Notes: generated by a model not told the origin, from the letters alone. A stretch of 64,000 nucleotides of DNA from Gemmatimonadaceae bacterium (GCA_051859245.1 JBHYGA010000005.1:320001-384000); one strand, 5' to 3'. Positions 18,354-28,670 are shown, counted from the stretch's first letter. Program-made: numbers and translations.

Positions 18354-19061
18354 ATGAACGCTCGTCGATCTTCGCCGCTCCCAGGCGTGATGCCGCTGAT
18401 TTTATTGGTGACCGCCGCGTGCTCGAGCGCCGCCCCGCCAGCGCAGGCACCGCAGCCTACACCGCCACCGACTGCTCTCTCGCCGACCCTCGCCGAAGCC
18501 GAGGCGATTTGGCGAGCCCGTACCGATTCGGCGCGCCTTCGCTTCACGCCCGCTGACGTGCGCTTCATGACCGATATGATCGGGCATCACGCGCAGGCGC
18601 TTGTGATGTCGAACCTCGCGCCCACCAACAACGCGAGCCCGACCATTCAGACGCTCGCCGCGCGCATCGTCAACGCGCAGTCAGACGAGATCCGAATCAT
18701 GCGTCGGTGGCTCGAGGATCGCGGACAGCCCGTGCCCGAGGTCAACACGGGACACGACGCAATGCACGGCGACGCGTCGCACGCCGGGCACACGTCCATG
18801 CCAGGCATGCTCTCGCCCGCGCAGCTCGCCGAGCTTGCGGCGGCGAAGGGCCCTGAGTTTGACCGTTTGTTTCTCACCTTCATGATTCAGCATCATCGTG
18901 GTGCCGTGGTGATGGTGGACAAACTGTTTGGCACCGATGGCGCTGGACAGGACCACTCCGTGTTCAAGTTCGCGTCTGATGTGCAGGTTGATCAGCGCAC
19001 GGAGGTTGCACGCATGCAACAAATGCTCGACGCGATGGGTTCGACAACAGACAATCGATAG
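18354..19061 (+). CDS. DUF305 domain lipoprotein (ferritin-like, His/Met-rich)
   Basis: D..FM..MI.HH.QA..M, MPGMLSP.QL..L, FD.LFL..MI.HH.GAV.M; lipobox TAAC. Confidence 0.9.
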   Translation: MNARRSSPLPGVMPLILLVTAACSSAAPPAQAPQPTPPPTALSPTLAEAEAIWRARTDSARLRFTPADVRFMTDMIGHHAQALVMSNLAPTNNASPTIQTLAARIVNAQSDEIRIMRRWLEDRGQPVPEVNTGHDAMHGDASHAGHTSMPGMLSPAQLAELAAAKGPEFDRLFLTFMIQHHRGAVVMVDKLFGTDGAGQDHSVFKFASDVQVDQRTEVARMQQMLDAMGSTTDNR

Positions 19062-19104
19062 CTCAGAGTTTTTCACGTCACCTGCTTTCACTACGGATTC
19101 TGAA

Positions 19105-21117
19105 ATGGCCTTTGCGAGTCTCTCTACGCGCGTATTGAACGCACCTCGCGCTGCGGCGAGCACCGTGGCGAGCGCTGCGGCGCTCGTTGCCGCGTTTGCG
19201 GCGTGTGCACCGGCAACGTCAACCAGCACCGCTCCCGCGCCGCGCATGTCGTCGGGCGCGCCCAGCCCTGATCCGCGTGTGGGACTCAAGGCGGGGTTGT
19301 TTGATGCGGGCGAAGCCATGTGGAACATGAAGCGCGTGTCGTTTACGCAGCCGCCTCAGGCGTTCCTGGGCAAGTGGAACTCAGATCTCGCGTTTCGCGG
19401 CGACTACGTGTTCCAGGGAAATTTCGCCGGCTTCCAGGTGTGGGACATCTCCACGCCGTCGCGCCCCACGATTGTCAAAGAGTTTGTTTGCCCCGCGTCG
19501 CAGAGTGACGTGTCAGTGTACAAAAATCTGCTGTTCGTGTCCGGCGAAGGACTCGAAGGTCGATTGGATTGCGGCGCACAAGGCGTAACGGCGGCGTCCA
19601 GCAAGGATCGTCTGCGCGGTATTCGCATTTTTGATATCAGCGATGTGCGCAATCCGAAGTACATCACGAACGTGCAGACCTGCCGGGGTTCGCATACACA
19701 CTCCGTGTTGGTCGATCCGAAAGACGCGCAGAACATCTACGTGTACGTGTCAGGTTCTGCGCCGGTCCGTCCAACCACAGAACTCGATGGTTGCTCCGGC
19801 GCGCCGCCCAGTGCGGATCCCAAGTCGGCGCTGTTCCGCATTGAAGTGATCAAGGTGCCGCTCGCGAATCCAATGCAGGCGGCGATCGTGAACTCGCCGC
19901 GCATCTTTGAAGGACTGGTTGCACCCAAGTCGCATGGTCTTGCGCCTGACGACAAAGCTGAGATCGATCGCGCGCGTGCACGCGGTGCTTTTATCGTTGA
20001 AGTGCAGGGCGAGACCATGGTGTTGCCGGATGCTTTCGCCAATGCGCAGCTGGCGAACGTCGTGCGGTCGCGTGGTGGCACCGGCGCACCCACGGCGGCT
20101 GACAGCGCCAAGTTCCGTGAGGCACTCCCCGCGATGATCGCTCAGATGGTTGGTCCCTCGGCAAGCGGCGACGGACCGGCTCCAGGCCCGAACCAGTGCC
20201 ATGACATTACGCTCTACCCAGAGCAGGGCATCGCTGGCGGCGCGTGCGAAGGGTATGGTTTGCTGCTCGACATCAAGGACCCGGCCAACCCCAAGCGCAT
20301 TGCGGCCGTATCTGATTCCAACTTTGCGTACTGGCACTCGGCCACGTTCAACAACGACGCGTCCAAGGTGTTATTCACCGACGAGTGGGGCGGTGGTACG
20401 GCGCCCAAGTGCCGTGAGAGTGATCCCAAGTCGTGGGGTGCCAACGCACTATTCACGATTGAAAATGGAGCGCTCAAGTTTCAGAGCTACTTCAAGTTGC
20501 CGGCCGCACAGACCGCGACCGAAAACTGCGTGGCGCACAACGGTTCAATGATTCCCGTGCCGGGCCGCGATATCATGGTGCAGTCGTGGTATCAGGGCGG
20601 CATTTCCGTGTTCGATTTCACCGACATCAAGAACCCGGTGGAAATCGCGTACCAGGATCGCGGGCCGATTGACGCGGCCAAGATGGAGACGGGTGGCACG
20701 TGGTCGGTGTACTGGTACAACGGTTTGCTGGTCAGCTCGGAAATCGCTCGTGGTTTGGACATCTTCGAGCTCGCGCCGAGCGCACATCTCACGCAGAACG
20801 AGATTGATGCGTCCAAGACCGTGCGTCTGGAATACTTGAATCCGCAAGGGCAGCCCAAGTATGTGTGGCCGCCGTCGTTCCCGTTGGCGCTGGCGTACCT
20901 CGATCAGTTGCAGCGTTCCAATGGCCTCGACGCGTCGCGCATCAGTGCGGTTCGCACGTCGCTTGGCGTGGCTGAGCGTGCCATGGGTGGCGCACGTCGA
21001 GATGCACTCACGCAGCTCGCGTCACAGCTCGATGGAGATGCAGGCCGGGCGCGCGATGCGGCGAAAGTCCGTTTGCTGGCCACGGCCGTTCGCGATCTAG
21101 CGGCCGCAACGCGATAA
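19105..21117 (+). CDS. LVIVD-repeat beta-propeller lipoprotein
   Basis: NSDLAF, CP.SQ.DVSVY.NLLF.S, IRIFDISD..NP, VQTCRGSHTH, CHDIT, YWHSATF, TDEWGGG, ENCVAHNGS, WYQGG. Confidence 0.85.
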   Translation: MAFASLSTRVLNAPRAAASTVASAAALVAAFAACAPATSTSTAPAPRMSSGAPSPDPRVGLKAGLFDAGEAMWNMKRVSFTQPPQAFLGKWNSDLAFRGDYVFQGNFAGFQVWDISTPSRPTIVKEFVCPASQSDVSVYKNLLFVSGEGLEGRLDCGAQGVTAASSKDRLRGIRIFDISDVRNPKYITNVQTCRGSHTHSVLVDPKDAQNIYVYVSGSAPVRPTTELDGCSGAPPSADPKSALFRIEVIKVPLANPMQAAIVNSPRIFEGLVAPKSHGLAPDDKAEIDRARARGAFIVEVQGETMVLPDAFANAQLANVVRSRGGTGAPTAADSAKFREALPAMIAQMVGPSASGDGPAPGPNQCHDITLYPEQGIAGGACEGYGLLLDIKDPANPKRIAAVSDSNFAYWHSATFNNDASKVLFTDEWGGGTAPKCRESDPKSWGANALFTIENGALKFQSYFKLPAAQTATENCVAHNGSMIPVPGRDIMVQSWYQGGISVFDFTDIKNPVEIAYQDRGPIDAAKMETGGTWSVYWYNGLLVSSEIARGLDIFELAPSAHLTQNEIDASKTVRLEYLNPQGQPKYVWPPSFPLALAYLDQLQRSNGLDASRISAVRTSLGVAERAMGGARRDALTQLASQLDGDAGRARDAAKVRLLATAVRDLAAATR

Positions 21118-21145
21118 GCCGAGATCGTTCGCTGGAGTACGTGCA

Positions 21146-21186
21146 CAAATCGCCGGTCCCTGCGCGGGGCCGGCGATTTGTAGTTG
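21146..21186 (+). terminator. Rho-independent terminator-like hairpin
   Basis: CAAATCGCCGGTCCC / GGGGCCGGCGATTTG stem. Confidence 0.7.
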
Positions 21187-21270
21187 TGTGTGACGTAACC
21201 GCGACCTGTTTGTCACCCGCTCACCACGCACGAGGCGCGAAGTTTACGCGTACATCACGCGTGAGGTGCG

Positions 21271-22167
21271 ATGTCGGCAGACAAGCGACGGTGCGAAGGC
21301 CCGCGACGTTTTCGGCGGGTAGTGCTGCTGGTGCTTGATGGGTTACGAGCGGATCTGATTGGCAGCCCGCGATTCCCACATCTTCGGGCGCTCCGTGAAG
21401 AGAGCGCCTACACGCTCGACGCCACCACAGTGCTGCCGAGCGTGACGGCAGCTGCGATGACATCACTGTTCTCCGGTGTGGCGCCGAATGATCACGGCAT
21501 TACCAGTGACCGGTTTGGCGTACCAAAGCACATCGCGCGGCTGCGCCCGCTGCCCCGCGAGGTGGCGCAGCATGGACTGCCAAGCACCGGTGTTGTTCGG
21601 CAAGTACCGTGGCCACTGCGACCACTGGCCCGAAAGATTGTGCGCGAACTGGGCATGCAGCAGGCGCACTTTGCGCCCGCCAACGTGCGTGAGCTATTGC
21701 GTGCCGCCATGCCCGCGCTGCGCACGCAAACGGACGGATTGATCGTGATGCATTGGCCGGATTGTGATGCGATTGGACACACGCACGGCTGGATGTCCGA
21801 GCCATATCTGGAAGCGGTCGCGCGCATGGACGCGGCGCTTGGCACCATGCGTGAGTTGATGGATCATGCGGGCACGGAGACGCTGCTGTTGGCGCTCGCG
21901 GATCATGGCGGCGGTGGTCGTGTGCTGAATGCGCATGACAGCGCGCATCCGCTCGACTGCACGATCCCGTTGTTGCTTGCTGGTCCCGGTGTGCACGCCC
22001 AAGTGCTGCCAGACACGCACACATTGCTTGACGCTCCGCCCACCGTGATGTGGGCGCTCGGTTTGCCGGTACCGGCGCAGTGGGCGGGTGCGCCCATCAC
22101 GTCGGCGTTCACCGCCCCTATCGCTGGCGCACCTGAACTTCGATTGGTGAAGGAATACGTCGCATGA
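21271..22167 (+). CDS. Alkaline phosphatase superfamily protein (nucleotide pyrophosphatase/phosphodiesterase type), cytoplasmic
   Basis: LVLDGLRAD, PSVT nucleophile with TSLFSGV.P..HGI, D.IGH.HG, ADHGG; no signal peptide. Confidence 0.85.
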   Translation: MSADKRRCEGPRRFRRVVLLVLDGLRADLIGSPRFPHLRALREESAYTLDATTVLPSVTAAAMTSLFSGVAPNDHGITSDRFGVPKHIARLRPLPREVAQHGLPSTGVVRQVPWPLRPLARKIVRELGMQQAHFAPANVRELLRAAMPALRTQTDGLIVMHWPDCDAIGHTHGWMSEPYLEAVARMDAALGTMRELMDHAGTETLLLALADHGGGGRVLNAHDSAHPLDCTIPLLLAGPGVHAQVLPDTHTLLDAPPTVMWALGLPVPAQWAGAPITSAFTAPIAGAPELRLVKEYVA

Positions 22168-23396
22168 CCAACGTACTGATTGCTTTTGCTGACACTGGTG
22201 GCGGGCACCGCGCCGCGGCGAACGCCATTCGTGACGCGCTGCAGCGGCAATCGCCGACGGTTGCGGTCACGATGGTGGATCCCTACGCGATGAGTGACCG
22301 ATGGCCGTTCGATCGTTTGTCGGCGGCGTATCCTCGTGTTGTGGACAATGCGTCGTGGCTGTGGCGCAGCGGGTTTGCGTTAACGAACAGCTCGTCGTGC
22401 ACACACACACTGCAGACACTGGCCTGGCCGGCGCTGCGCGCAACCTTTCGCGGCATTCGCGACGAGAGCACTCCAGATGTGATCGTGTCCACGCATCCGT
22501 TGCTCACAACGCCGCTGCGTCGTGTGTTTCCAAATACGCCCATCGTTGTGGTGGTCACGGATCTCGTGAGCGGTCACGTGTCGTGGTACAATCGACGCGC
22601 GGATTTGCTGATCACGCCAACGGCGGTGGCGAGGGCGCGCGCGATCGAGTGCGGGTTGGCTCCGTCTATGGTTGAGGAACTTGGACTTCCGTTGCCGCAG
22701 GGATGCGAGCGTACGCCGCATGATATCTGGTTGCCGGAGCGCCTGGGCTGGAGCACACTTCGCCCGACCGTGCTGCTCGTGGGCGGTGGTGACGGTGTGG
22801 GTCCGCTTGAGCGCAATGCGGTGGCGATCGACGCAGCGAAGCTGCCGTGTGACATTGCGGTGGTGTGCGGGCGAAACAGTGCGCTCGCGGCGCGCCTGAG
22901 AGCACGTGAATGGAACGGCACGGTGCACGTGTACGAGTTCGTGCACAATCTCAATGAGATGATGCGCGCTGCACACGCGGTCGTGACCAAGGCTGGTCCG
23001 GGAACGATTGCCGAAGCCTTCGCCGCTGCCTGTCCGCTTGTGCTCACCGGGGCCATTCCGGGCCAGGAATCAGGAAACGTGGAATACGTCACGGCGTCAG
23101 GCGCGGGGGTGTGGGCTCCGACAGCACCGCTGGTTGTGGACGCGCTGCGCACGTGGGTGCAGGGCGGGGACGGCGCGCTGCGCCATGCCGCAGCGGTATC
23201 TGCGGCGGTGGCGATGGCACGCCCTCACGCCTCTGCACAAATCGCGGCCCGTGTGCTGCGCAGCGCCCAGACGCGGCGTCCGCGTGTCAGAAACCGTCGC
23301 TTGATTGAACGCGTTTGGCTAAGACGTCCAGTCTTCTCCCCAATCGCCACCCGATGCGTTCATTTCTTCAGGCCGTTTGCGCGGTTCTCTTCATAG
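22164..23396 (+). CDS. MGDG synthase / UgtP-like diacylglycerol glycosyltransferase (GT28)
   Basis: DTGGGHRAAA.A, PDVIVSTHP, VVTD, LVGGGDG.G, VCGRN, VTKAGPGTIAEA, IPGQE.GN; ATGA overlap with upstream gene. Confidence 0.88.
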   Translation: MTNVLIAFADTGGGHRAAANAIRDALQRQSPTVAVTMVDPYAMSDRWPFDRLSAAYPRVVDNASWLWRSGFALTNSSSCTHTLQTLAWPALRATFRGIRDESTPDVIVSTHPLLTTPLRRVFPNTPIVVVVTDLVSGHVSWYNRRADLLITPTAVARARAIECGLAPSMVEELGLPLPQGCERTPHDIWLPERLGWSTLRPTVLLVGGGDGVGPLERNAVAIDAAKLPCDIAVVCGRNSALAARLRAREWNGTVHVYEFVHNLNEMMRAAHAVVTKAGPGTIAEAFAAACPLVLTGAIPGQESGNVEYVTASGAGVWAPTAPLVVDALRTWVQGGDGALRHAAAVSAAVAMARPHASAQIAARVLRSAQTRRPRVRNRRLIERVWLRRPVFSPIATRCVHFFRPFARFSS

Positions 23397-25669
23397 CGCT
23401 CGCTTCACCGCTTCCCGCACAACAGGGTACGTCGCCCACAGGCACCATTGCCGGTCGTGTGGTAACCGCGGTGACCGATGCCCCAATCAACAACGCGAAC
23501 ATTCGTGTGCGCGGTCAGGACATCACGACCACTACAGATGAGCAGGGGCGCTTTACACTGCGCGGTGTGACAACCGGCATTATCACCCTCGAAGTTCGGG
23601 CACTTGGTTTTGCGCCCGTGTCGCGTGGTGACATTGCCGTGTCACCCGCGAAACCTGCCGAAGTGCTGGTGGTGTTGCGCCCCGTGAGCACACAGCTGCA
23701 ATCGGTCACGGTGCGTCCCGAGGCGTTTCCTCCGCAGCTGCCGGTGCTCACACCGGTGTCTGCGCAAACGTACAGCGCCGAAGAAGTGCGGCGTCAGCCT
23801 GGCGCGCAGGAAGATGTGCTGCGCGCCGTCTCAGTTGCGCCTGGCGTTGGTGTGACCAGCGGTGCGCGGAACGATCTGGTGATCCGTGGCGGCGCACCCT
23901 TTGAGAACCTCTTTGTGGTGGACAACATTGAGGTGCCCAACATCAATCACTTCGGTTCGCAGGGCTCAACCGGCGGGCCGATCTCGTTGATCAACATTCG
24001 CTTCATCGAATCGGTCACGCTGAGTGCCGGTGGCTTTGGTGCGCGATTTGGTGATCGTGCATCGTCTGCGACGTCGCTCACGCTGCGCGAAGGCAATCGC
24101 GAACGCATTGCTGGTGAAGTCAACGTGGCCGCTACGCAGATCGGCGCGGTGCTTGAAGGGCCTGTCGGTGGTAACGCATCATTTTTTGTGAACGTTCGAC
24201 AGAGCTACCTGGATCTGCTGTTCAAGGCGATCGGGCTCAGTTTCATTCCAGCGTACACCGATGCAACGGTGAAGGCGGTGTGGCGTCCCACGTCTCGCGA
24301 TGCCGTCAGTGCGCTGGCAATCGGTGCACGTGGCACGGTCACCTTCAACAACGACAGCGCGGATGATCGCGTATCGAACGCGCAAGTGCTGGCGCCAGCG
24401 CAGGACCAGTACTTCAGCGGCCTCACGTGGAAGCGCCTGCTGAACAACGGCGTGGTGACCACGACCCTTGGCCGCACCTGGACACGCTTTGTGACGGCGC
24501 AGCGCGACAGTCTGCTGTCGCCAATTTTTGAGAGTCGAAGCACCGAGGGTGAAACGTCGCTGCGAAGTGATGTGTCGTTCACACCCACGAGCTCGCTCGA
24601 ACTCGAAGCCGGTACCATTGTGAAGTACGCGAGTCAGTTGCGCTACGACGCCACCTTGGCCGGCTTTGCACGGCAGGACGAGAACGGTGATCCGCAGCCG
24701 CTTCGCGTTGACACGAGTTTCACCGCACTCCGGAACGGCACGTACGCGCAGGCCACGTGGCAGGCCGCGCCTCGTGTGCGTCTCTCGTTGGGTGTGCGGG
24801 GCGATTGGTATCAGTTTCTGAACGATGCCGTGCGTGTTGCGCCGCGTGCGTCTGCGTCGTTTCAGGCCACCGAGAGAACAACTTTCACGGTAGCCGGTGG
24901 ACGGTACTGGCAAGCGCCGAGCTTTATCTGGTTGGTTGGTGCGCCGGCGAACTCGGAATCGCTCAAACCGTTTTACGCCGATCACGCAGTCTTCGGCGTG
25001 ACGCGCCTCGTCGGTGATGAAGTGAAAGTGCAGTTCGAAGTGTACGGCAAGCGATATGGCGCGTATCCAACGCGTCCGTTCAGGCCGCAAGCGGTACTCA
25101 GCCCGAGTGGTTTTGACGACGCCACAGCAGACATTCCGTTCGGTTTGGAGCCGCTCACCTCCAACGGTACCGGCGAATCGTATGGGGCCGAAGTCTTTCT
25201 GCAAAAGAAACTCGGCATCACACCGTTTTACGGGCAGCTGAGCGCGAGTGTCAATCGCACGCGCTTTACTGGCCTCGATGGAACAAGTCGACGCGGAGCA
25301 TTCGACACGCCCGTGATTGCCAACGCCGTGCTCGGCTGGCGACCCAGCGCGCGCTGGGAGTTTGCCACGCGCATTCGTGGTGCGTCGGGATTGCCGCTCA
25401 CACCGTTTGTGCTCACGGGTGACCAGGCGGGAACGCTTGATTTCACGCGCTACAACCAGGAACGACTGAGCGCGTTTTTCTCAGCCGACATTCGCGTGGA
25501 TCGGCGGTTCTTGCTGCGCGGCAACCAGTTTATCGCCTTTCTCGATCTGCAGAACGTGACCGCACGGGCGAATCAGTCTGCACCGCAGTGGAACCCCCGA
25601 CTGCGCGCCGCGGAGCAAGGCGATGGCGTTGGCCTGCTCCCTACCATCGGCCTCAACTGGGAGTTCTGA
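23354..25669 (+). CDS. TonB-dependent receptor with N-terminal carboxypeptidase-regulatory-like domain
   Basis: Signal peptide; GTIAGRV...TTDEQGRF; plug (PGV...RGG..FENL..VD); C-terminal LNWEF. Confidence 0.9.
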   Translation: MRSFLQAVCAVLFIALASPLPAQQGTSPTGTIAGRVVTAVTDAPINNANIRVRGQDITTTTDEQGRFTLRGVTTGIITLEVRALGFAPVSRGDIAVSPAKPAEVLVVLRPVSTQLQSVTVRPEAFPPQLPVLTPVSAQTYSAEEVRRQPGAQEDVLRAVSVAPGVGVTSGARNDLVIRGGAPFENLFVVDNIEVPNINHFGSQGSTGGPISLINIRFIESVTLSAGGFGARFGDRASSATSLTLREGNRERIAGEVNVAATQIGAVLEGPVGGNASFFVNVRQSYLDLLFKAIGLSFIPAYTDATVKAVWRPTSRDAVSALAIGARGTVTFNNDSADDRVSNAQVLAPAQDQYFSGLTWKRLLNNGVVTTTLGRTWTRFVTAQRDSLLSPIFESRSTEGETSLRSDVSFTPTSSLELEAGTIVKYASQLRYDATLAGFARQDENGDPQPLRVDTSFTALRNGTYAQATWQAAPRVRLSLGVRGDWYQFLNDAVRVAPRASASFQATERTTFTVAGGRYWQAPSFIWLVGAPANSESLKPFYADHAVFGVTRLVGDEVKVQFEVYGKRYGAYPTRPFRPQAVLSPSGFDDATADIPFGLEPLTSNGTGESYGAEVFLQKKLGITPFYGQLSASVNRTRFTGLDGTSRRGAFDTPVIANAVLGWRPSARWEFATRIRGASGLPLTPFVLTGDQAGTLDFTRYNQERLSAFFSADIRVDRRFLLRGNQFIAFLDLQNVTARANQSAPQWNPRLRAAEQGDGVGLLPTIGLNWEF

Positions 25670-27464
25670 CCGGCGCGCTTTCGGTGAGCGCCTGCAACTC
25701 TCCCGTTTGCAGGCGCCACAGCGACGCGTACACGCCACCGGCGGCAACGAGCGCGTCGTGCGTGCCACTCTCGACCACGCGGCCAAACTCCATCACGTGA
25801 ATTGCATCGGCGTGTCGCACTGTTGAGAGCCGATGTGCAACCACGAGCGTGGTGCGACCGCGAGACGCCAGCGCCAACGAGCGCTGGATCGACGCTTCCG
25901 TTTCGTTGTCCACGGCACTCGTGGCTTCGTCCAGCACGAGAATGGAAGGATCACGGTAGAACGCGCGGGCGAGCGCAATGCGCTGACGCTGTCCGCCCGA
26001 GAGACTGGTGCCGCGCTCGCCAACAACACTGTCGTATCCATCGGGCAAGGTCGCCACAAACGTGTGTACTTCCGCCGCGCGCGCCGCTTCGAGTACACGT
26101 TCACGACTTGGTGCGCGATCGCCATACGCGATGTTCTCGGCGATCGTTCCGTCGGTGAGATACGCATCCTGAGACACGTAGCCAATGCGTTGGCGCAGTG
26201 AAGCCGGGTCATACTGTGCGATGTCGGTGCCGTCGAGCAAAATGCGACCGCTGTCCGCGTCAAGAAAACGCATGAGCAGCTTGAGCAGTGAACTCTTTCC
26301 GCCACCCGTTGCTCCCACCAGTGCCACCGTGCTGCCCGCAGGCACGTCAAAACTCACGTCCGAAAGCGCAGGCCGTCCCTCGTACGAAAGGTGCACCCGA
26401 TCAAAGGTGAGAGCGGCTCTGGCGTGAGGCGGGAGCGGTTGGGTGGAACGCTGCGGAAGCGGCTCATCGAGCAGCGCCATCACACGCGATACCGACGCCA
26501 TCGCGCGATTGTACAAGTCGGTCATGTCGGCGAGACGCGTGAGCGGCCAAAGCAGTCGCTGTGTGAGATACACCAGCGCCGAGTAACTGCCCACGCCGAT
26601 TTCGCCACGCAGTGCGAGCAATCCGCCGTACAGCAGTGTGGCCACAAAACCCGCCAGAATCGCCATGCGAATCACCGGCGTGATCGCCGCCGAGAATCGA
26701 ATCGCGTCGTCGTTCTTTGAACGAAAGCGTTCCGACGCATCACGCAGGTGATCCGCTTCAAACGCTTCCGCCGTGTAGGCCTGAATCGTGGCCATGCCGT
26801 AGAGATTGTTGTTCAGCCGCGCCGATAGTGTGCCGGCGGCCTCACGAACGGCGGCGTAGCGCGGCGAGAGCCGACGCTGAAACCAGAAGGCACCGTAGAG
26901 AATGAGCGGAATGGGTACCAGTGCGAGCACGGCCAGCTTGGCCGTGATCACAAAAAACACGGCGCCAACCATGAGCGACGAACAGAACACCTGAATGAGA
27001 TCATTGGCGCCCGTATTCAGGAACCGTTCGATCTGATTCACGTCTTCGTTCAGCACCGCCATCAGCCGGCCGCTGCGCTCTCGCTCGATGTAGCTGGGTG
27101 GAAGTCGCTGGATGTGCGTGTACGCGGCCTGTCGCAGTTGATGCTGCAGATTCTGCGCCAGTCCGCGCCATTTGACGGCGTACCGGTACTCGAAGAACGA
27201 TTCAGAGATCCACACCACGATCGTTAACGCGACCAGTGCATAGAGTTGATGGGTGGGTTCCACCAGTCCCTGTTTCGCAAGGAACGAATCTTTGCGGTTG
27301 ACCACCACGTCCACGGCCACACCGATCAGCAGTTCGGGCAGTACGTCGAAAAACTTGTTCAGAACCGAGTACGTGGTCGCCCACACCACATCAGCGCGAT
27401 ACGGTCTTGCAAATGTGAGCAAGCGAGCGAGTGGCGAGTTGGTCGGAGCGGCAGTGCTGGTCAT
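25653..27464 (-). CDS. ABC exporter, fused permease/ATPase (MsbA/MdlB-like)
   Basis: TM domain; Walker A GATGGGKS; LSGGQRQR; ILVLDEATSAVD; VVAHRLST. Confidence 0.95.
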   Translation of the reverse strand: MTSTAAPTNSPLARLLTFARPYRADVVWATTYSVLNKFFDVLPELLIGVAVDVVVNRKDSFLAKQGLVEPTHQLYALVALTIVVWISESFFEYRYAVKWRGLAQNLQHQLRQAAYTHIQRLPPSYIERERSGRLMAVLNEDVNQIERFLNTGANDLIQVFCSSLMVGAVFFVITAKLAVLALVPIPLILYGAFWFQRRLSPRYAAVREAAGTLSARLNNNLYGMATIQAYTAEAFEADHLRDASERFRSKNDDAIRFSAAITPVIRMAILAGFVATLLYGGLLALRGEIGVGSYSALVYLTQRLLWPLTRLADMTDLYNRAMASVSRVMALLDEPLPQRSTQPLPPHARAALTFDRVHLSYEGRPALSDVSFDVPAGSTVALVGATGGGKSSLLKLLMRFLDADSGRILLDGTDIAQYDPASLRQRIGYVSQDAYLTDGTIAENIAYGDRAPSRERVLEAARAAEVHTFVATLPDGYDSVVGERGTSLSGGQRQRIALARAFYRDPSILVLDEATSAVDNETEASIQRSLALASRGRTTLVVAHRLSTVRHADAIHVMEFGRVVESGTHDALVAAGGVYASLWRLQTGELQALTESAPVRTPS

Positions 27465-27552
27465 CTGGTCATCGGCATCGAGTGGGACTGGCGCCCAAAG
27501 CGCCGCGGGCGAGATTGAAACGCATCCGAATGCAAACCTGCATCCCAATGGG

Positions 27553-28086
27553 GTGGACACGATTCAATCCAAACTAATTGTCGGGCTGTGTGTGGCGGCG
27601 TTTTGCTCGCTGCCAGCGGCCACGACGCGCGCGCAATCCGGCGCGTCCGGTGCCGGCTCTGTGCTCCTGGGTGCGGGCGTGTTCAACGTGCTGGATGGCG
27701 GTGACCAGGACCGCACGTTCGTGTCGCTTGAGTATCGCGCACCGTTCAGGCGATGGACCCTCAGTCCAACGGTCGCTTTTGGCCGGGCTGGTGGTGGCGC
27801 CACGTTCACGTCACTGGGCGTGATCAGTGCGATCCCGCTCGGGCGGCGCTGGGAAGCGGCGGCGGGTTTTGCGCCGTCATGGCACACCGCGCGCGGTGAC
27901 TCAGACCTGGGCTCGGCCATGGAGTTCTACTCCTTTGCGGAGTTCGCCTGGCGATCGCCGAGCGGCAAAGGTGTGCGCCTTCGTTTCGGTCATTTCTCGA
28001 ACGCCGGCCTGGGGCCAATCAATCCGGGGGCGGAGATCGGGCAGCTCACATATGTGATGCCGCTGGCCGCCTTGTGGCACCCGTAG
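27553..28086 (+). CDS. PagL-like acyloxyacyl hydrolase / lipid A 3-O-deacylase family outer-membrane barrel
   Basis: Signal peptide; DLGS..EF; H.SNAG...NPG.E catalytic motif; start uncertain. Confidence 0.8.
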   Translation: MDTIQSKLIVGLCVAAFCSLPAATTRAQSGASGAGSVLLGAGVFNVLDGGDQDRTFVSLEYRAPFRRWTLSPTVAFGRAGGGATFTSLGVISAIPLGRRWEAAAGFAPSWHTARGDSDLGSAMEFYSFAEFAWRSPSGKGVRLRFGHFSNAGLGPINPGAEIGQLTYVMPLAALWHP

Positions 28087-28263
28087 CCGCTGCAGGCGAG
28101 TGCGCCGACCGATCATGACACATGCGGGTAGAACGCCGAGGTGGTTTTCAGGGACGAGACGCCTCGCGGGTATTGCTCCCGAACCACGGTTTCCACAACT
28201 TTCAGGGATTCCGGTGCTCCCGGAGGAGTCCCGCCTCTCAACTCTGCATCGAGACCACAATCC

Positions 28264-28650
28264 ATGACCAAGACTCGCGCCTTTATTTCTGCCGCTGCTG
28301 TGCTGCTCTCGCTTTCAGCCTTCAGCTCGGCCGCCGATCGTTTTATTGCGGATCTCACGGGCACGTGGAACGTGAGCGTGCAAACGCCTGACCAGTCCGT
28401 GACCTCCACCCTGGTTGTTCAGCAGAAGGGTGATTCACTCTCCGGCTCGCTGCAGTCCGAGCTCGGCACGGCGCCGCTCAAGGGCGCCGTCAAGGGCGAC
28501 ACAGTGAACTTCGTGTTCACGCTCGATATGGGCGGACAGGTGTTGAACATCGCGGCGTCGGCGCTCCTGAAAGACAAGGACAACATGTCGGGCTCGATGG
28601 ACGTGTCGGGAATGGGCGCCATGCCGTTCACGGCTGCTCGCGCCAAGTAA
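28264..28650 (+). CDS. Small secreted beta-barrel protein (paralog of 38926-39312)
   Basis: Signal peptide then DLTG.W, Q.GD.L.G, G.VKGD.V, DKDN..G..D..GMG...FT. Confidence 0.75.
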   Translation: MTKTRAFISAAAVLLSLSAFSSAADRFIADLTGTWNVSVQTPDQSVTSTLVVQQKGDSLSGSLQSELGTAPLKGAVKGDTVNFVFTLDMGGQVLNIAASALLKDKDNMSGSMDVSGMGAMPFTAARAK

Positions 28651-28670
28651 TACCTTCAAGCTCGGCAGGA

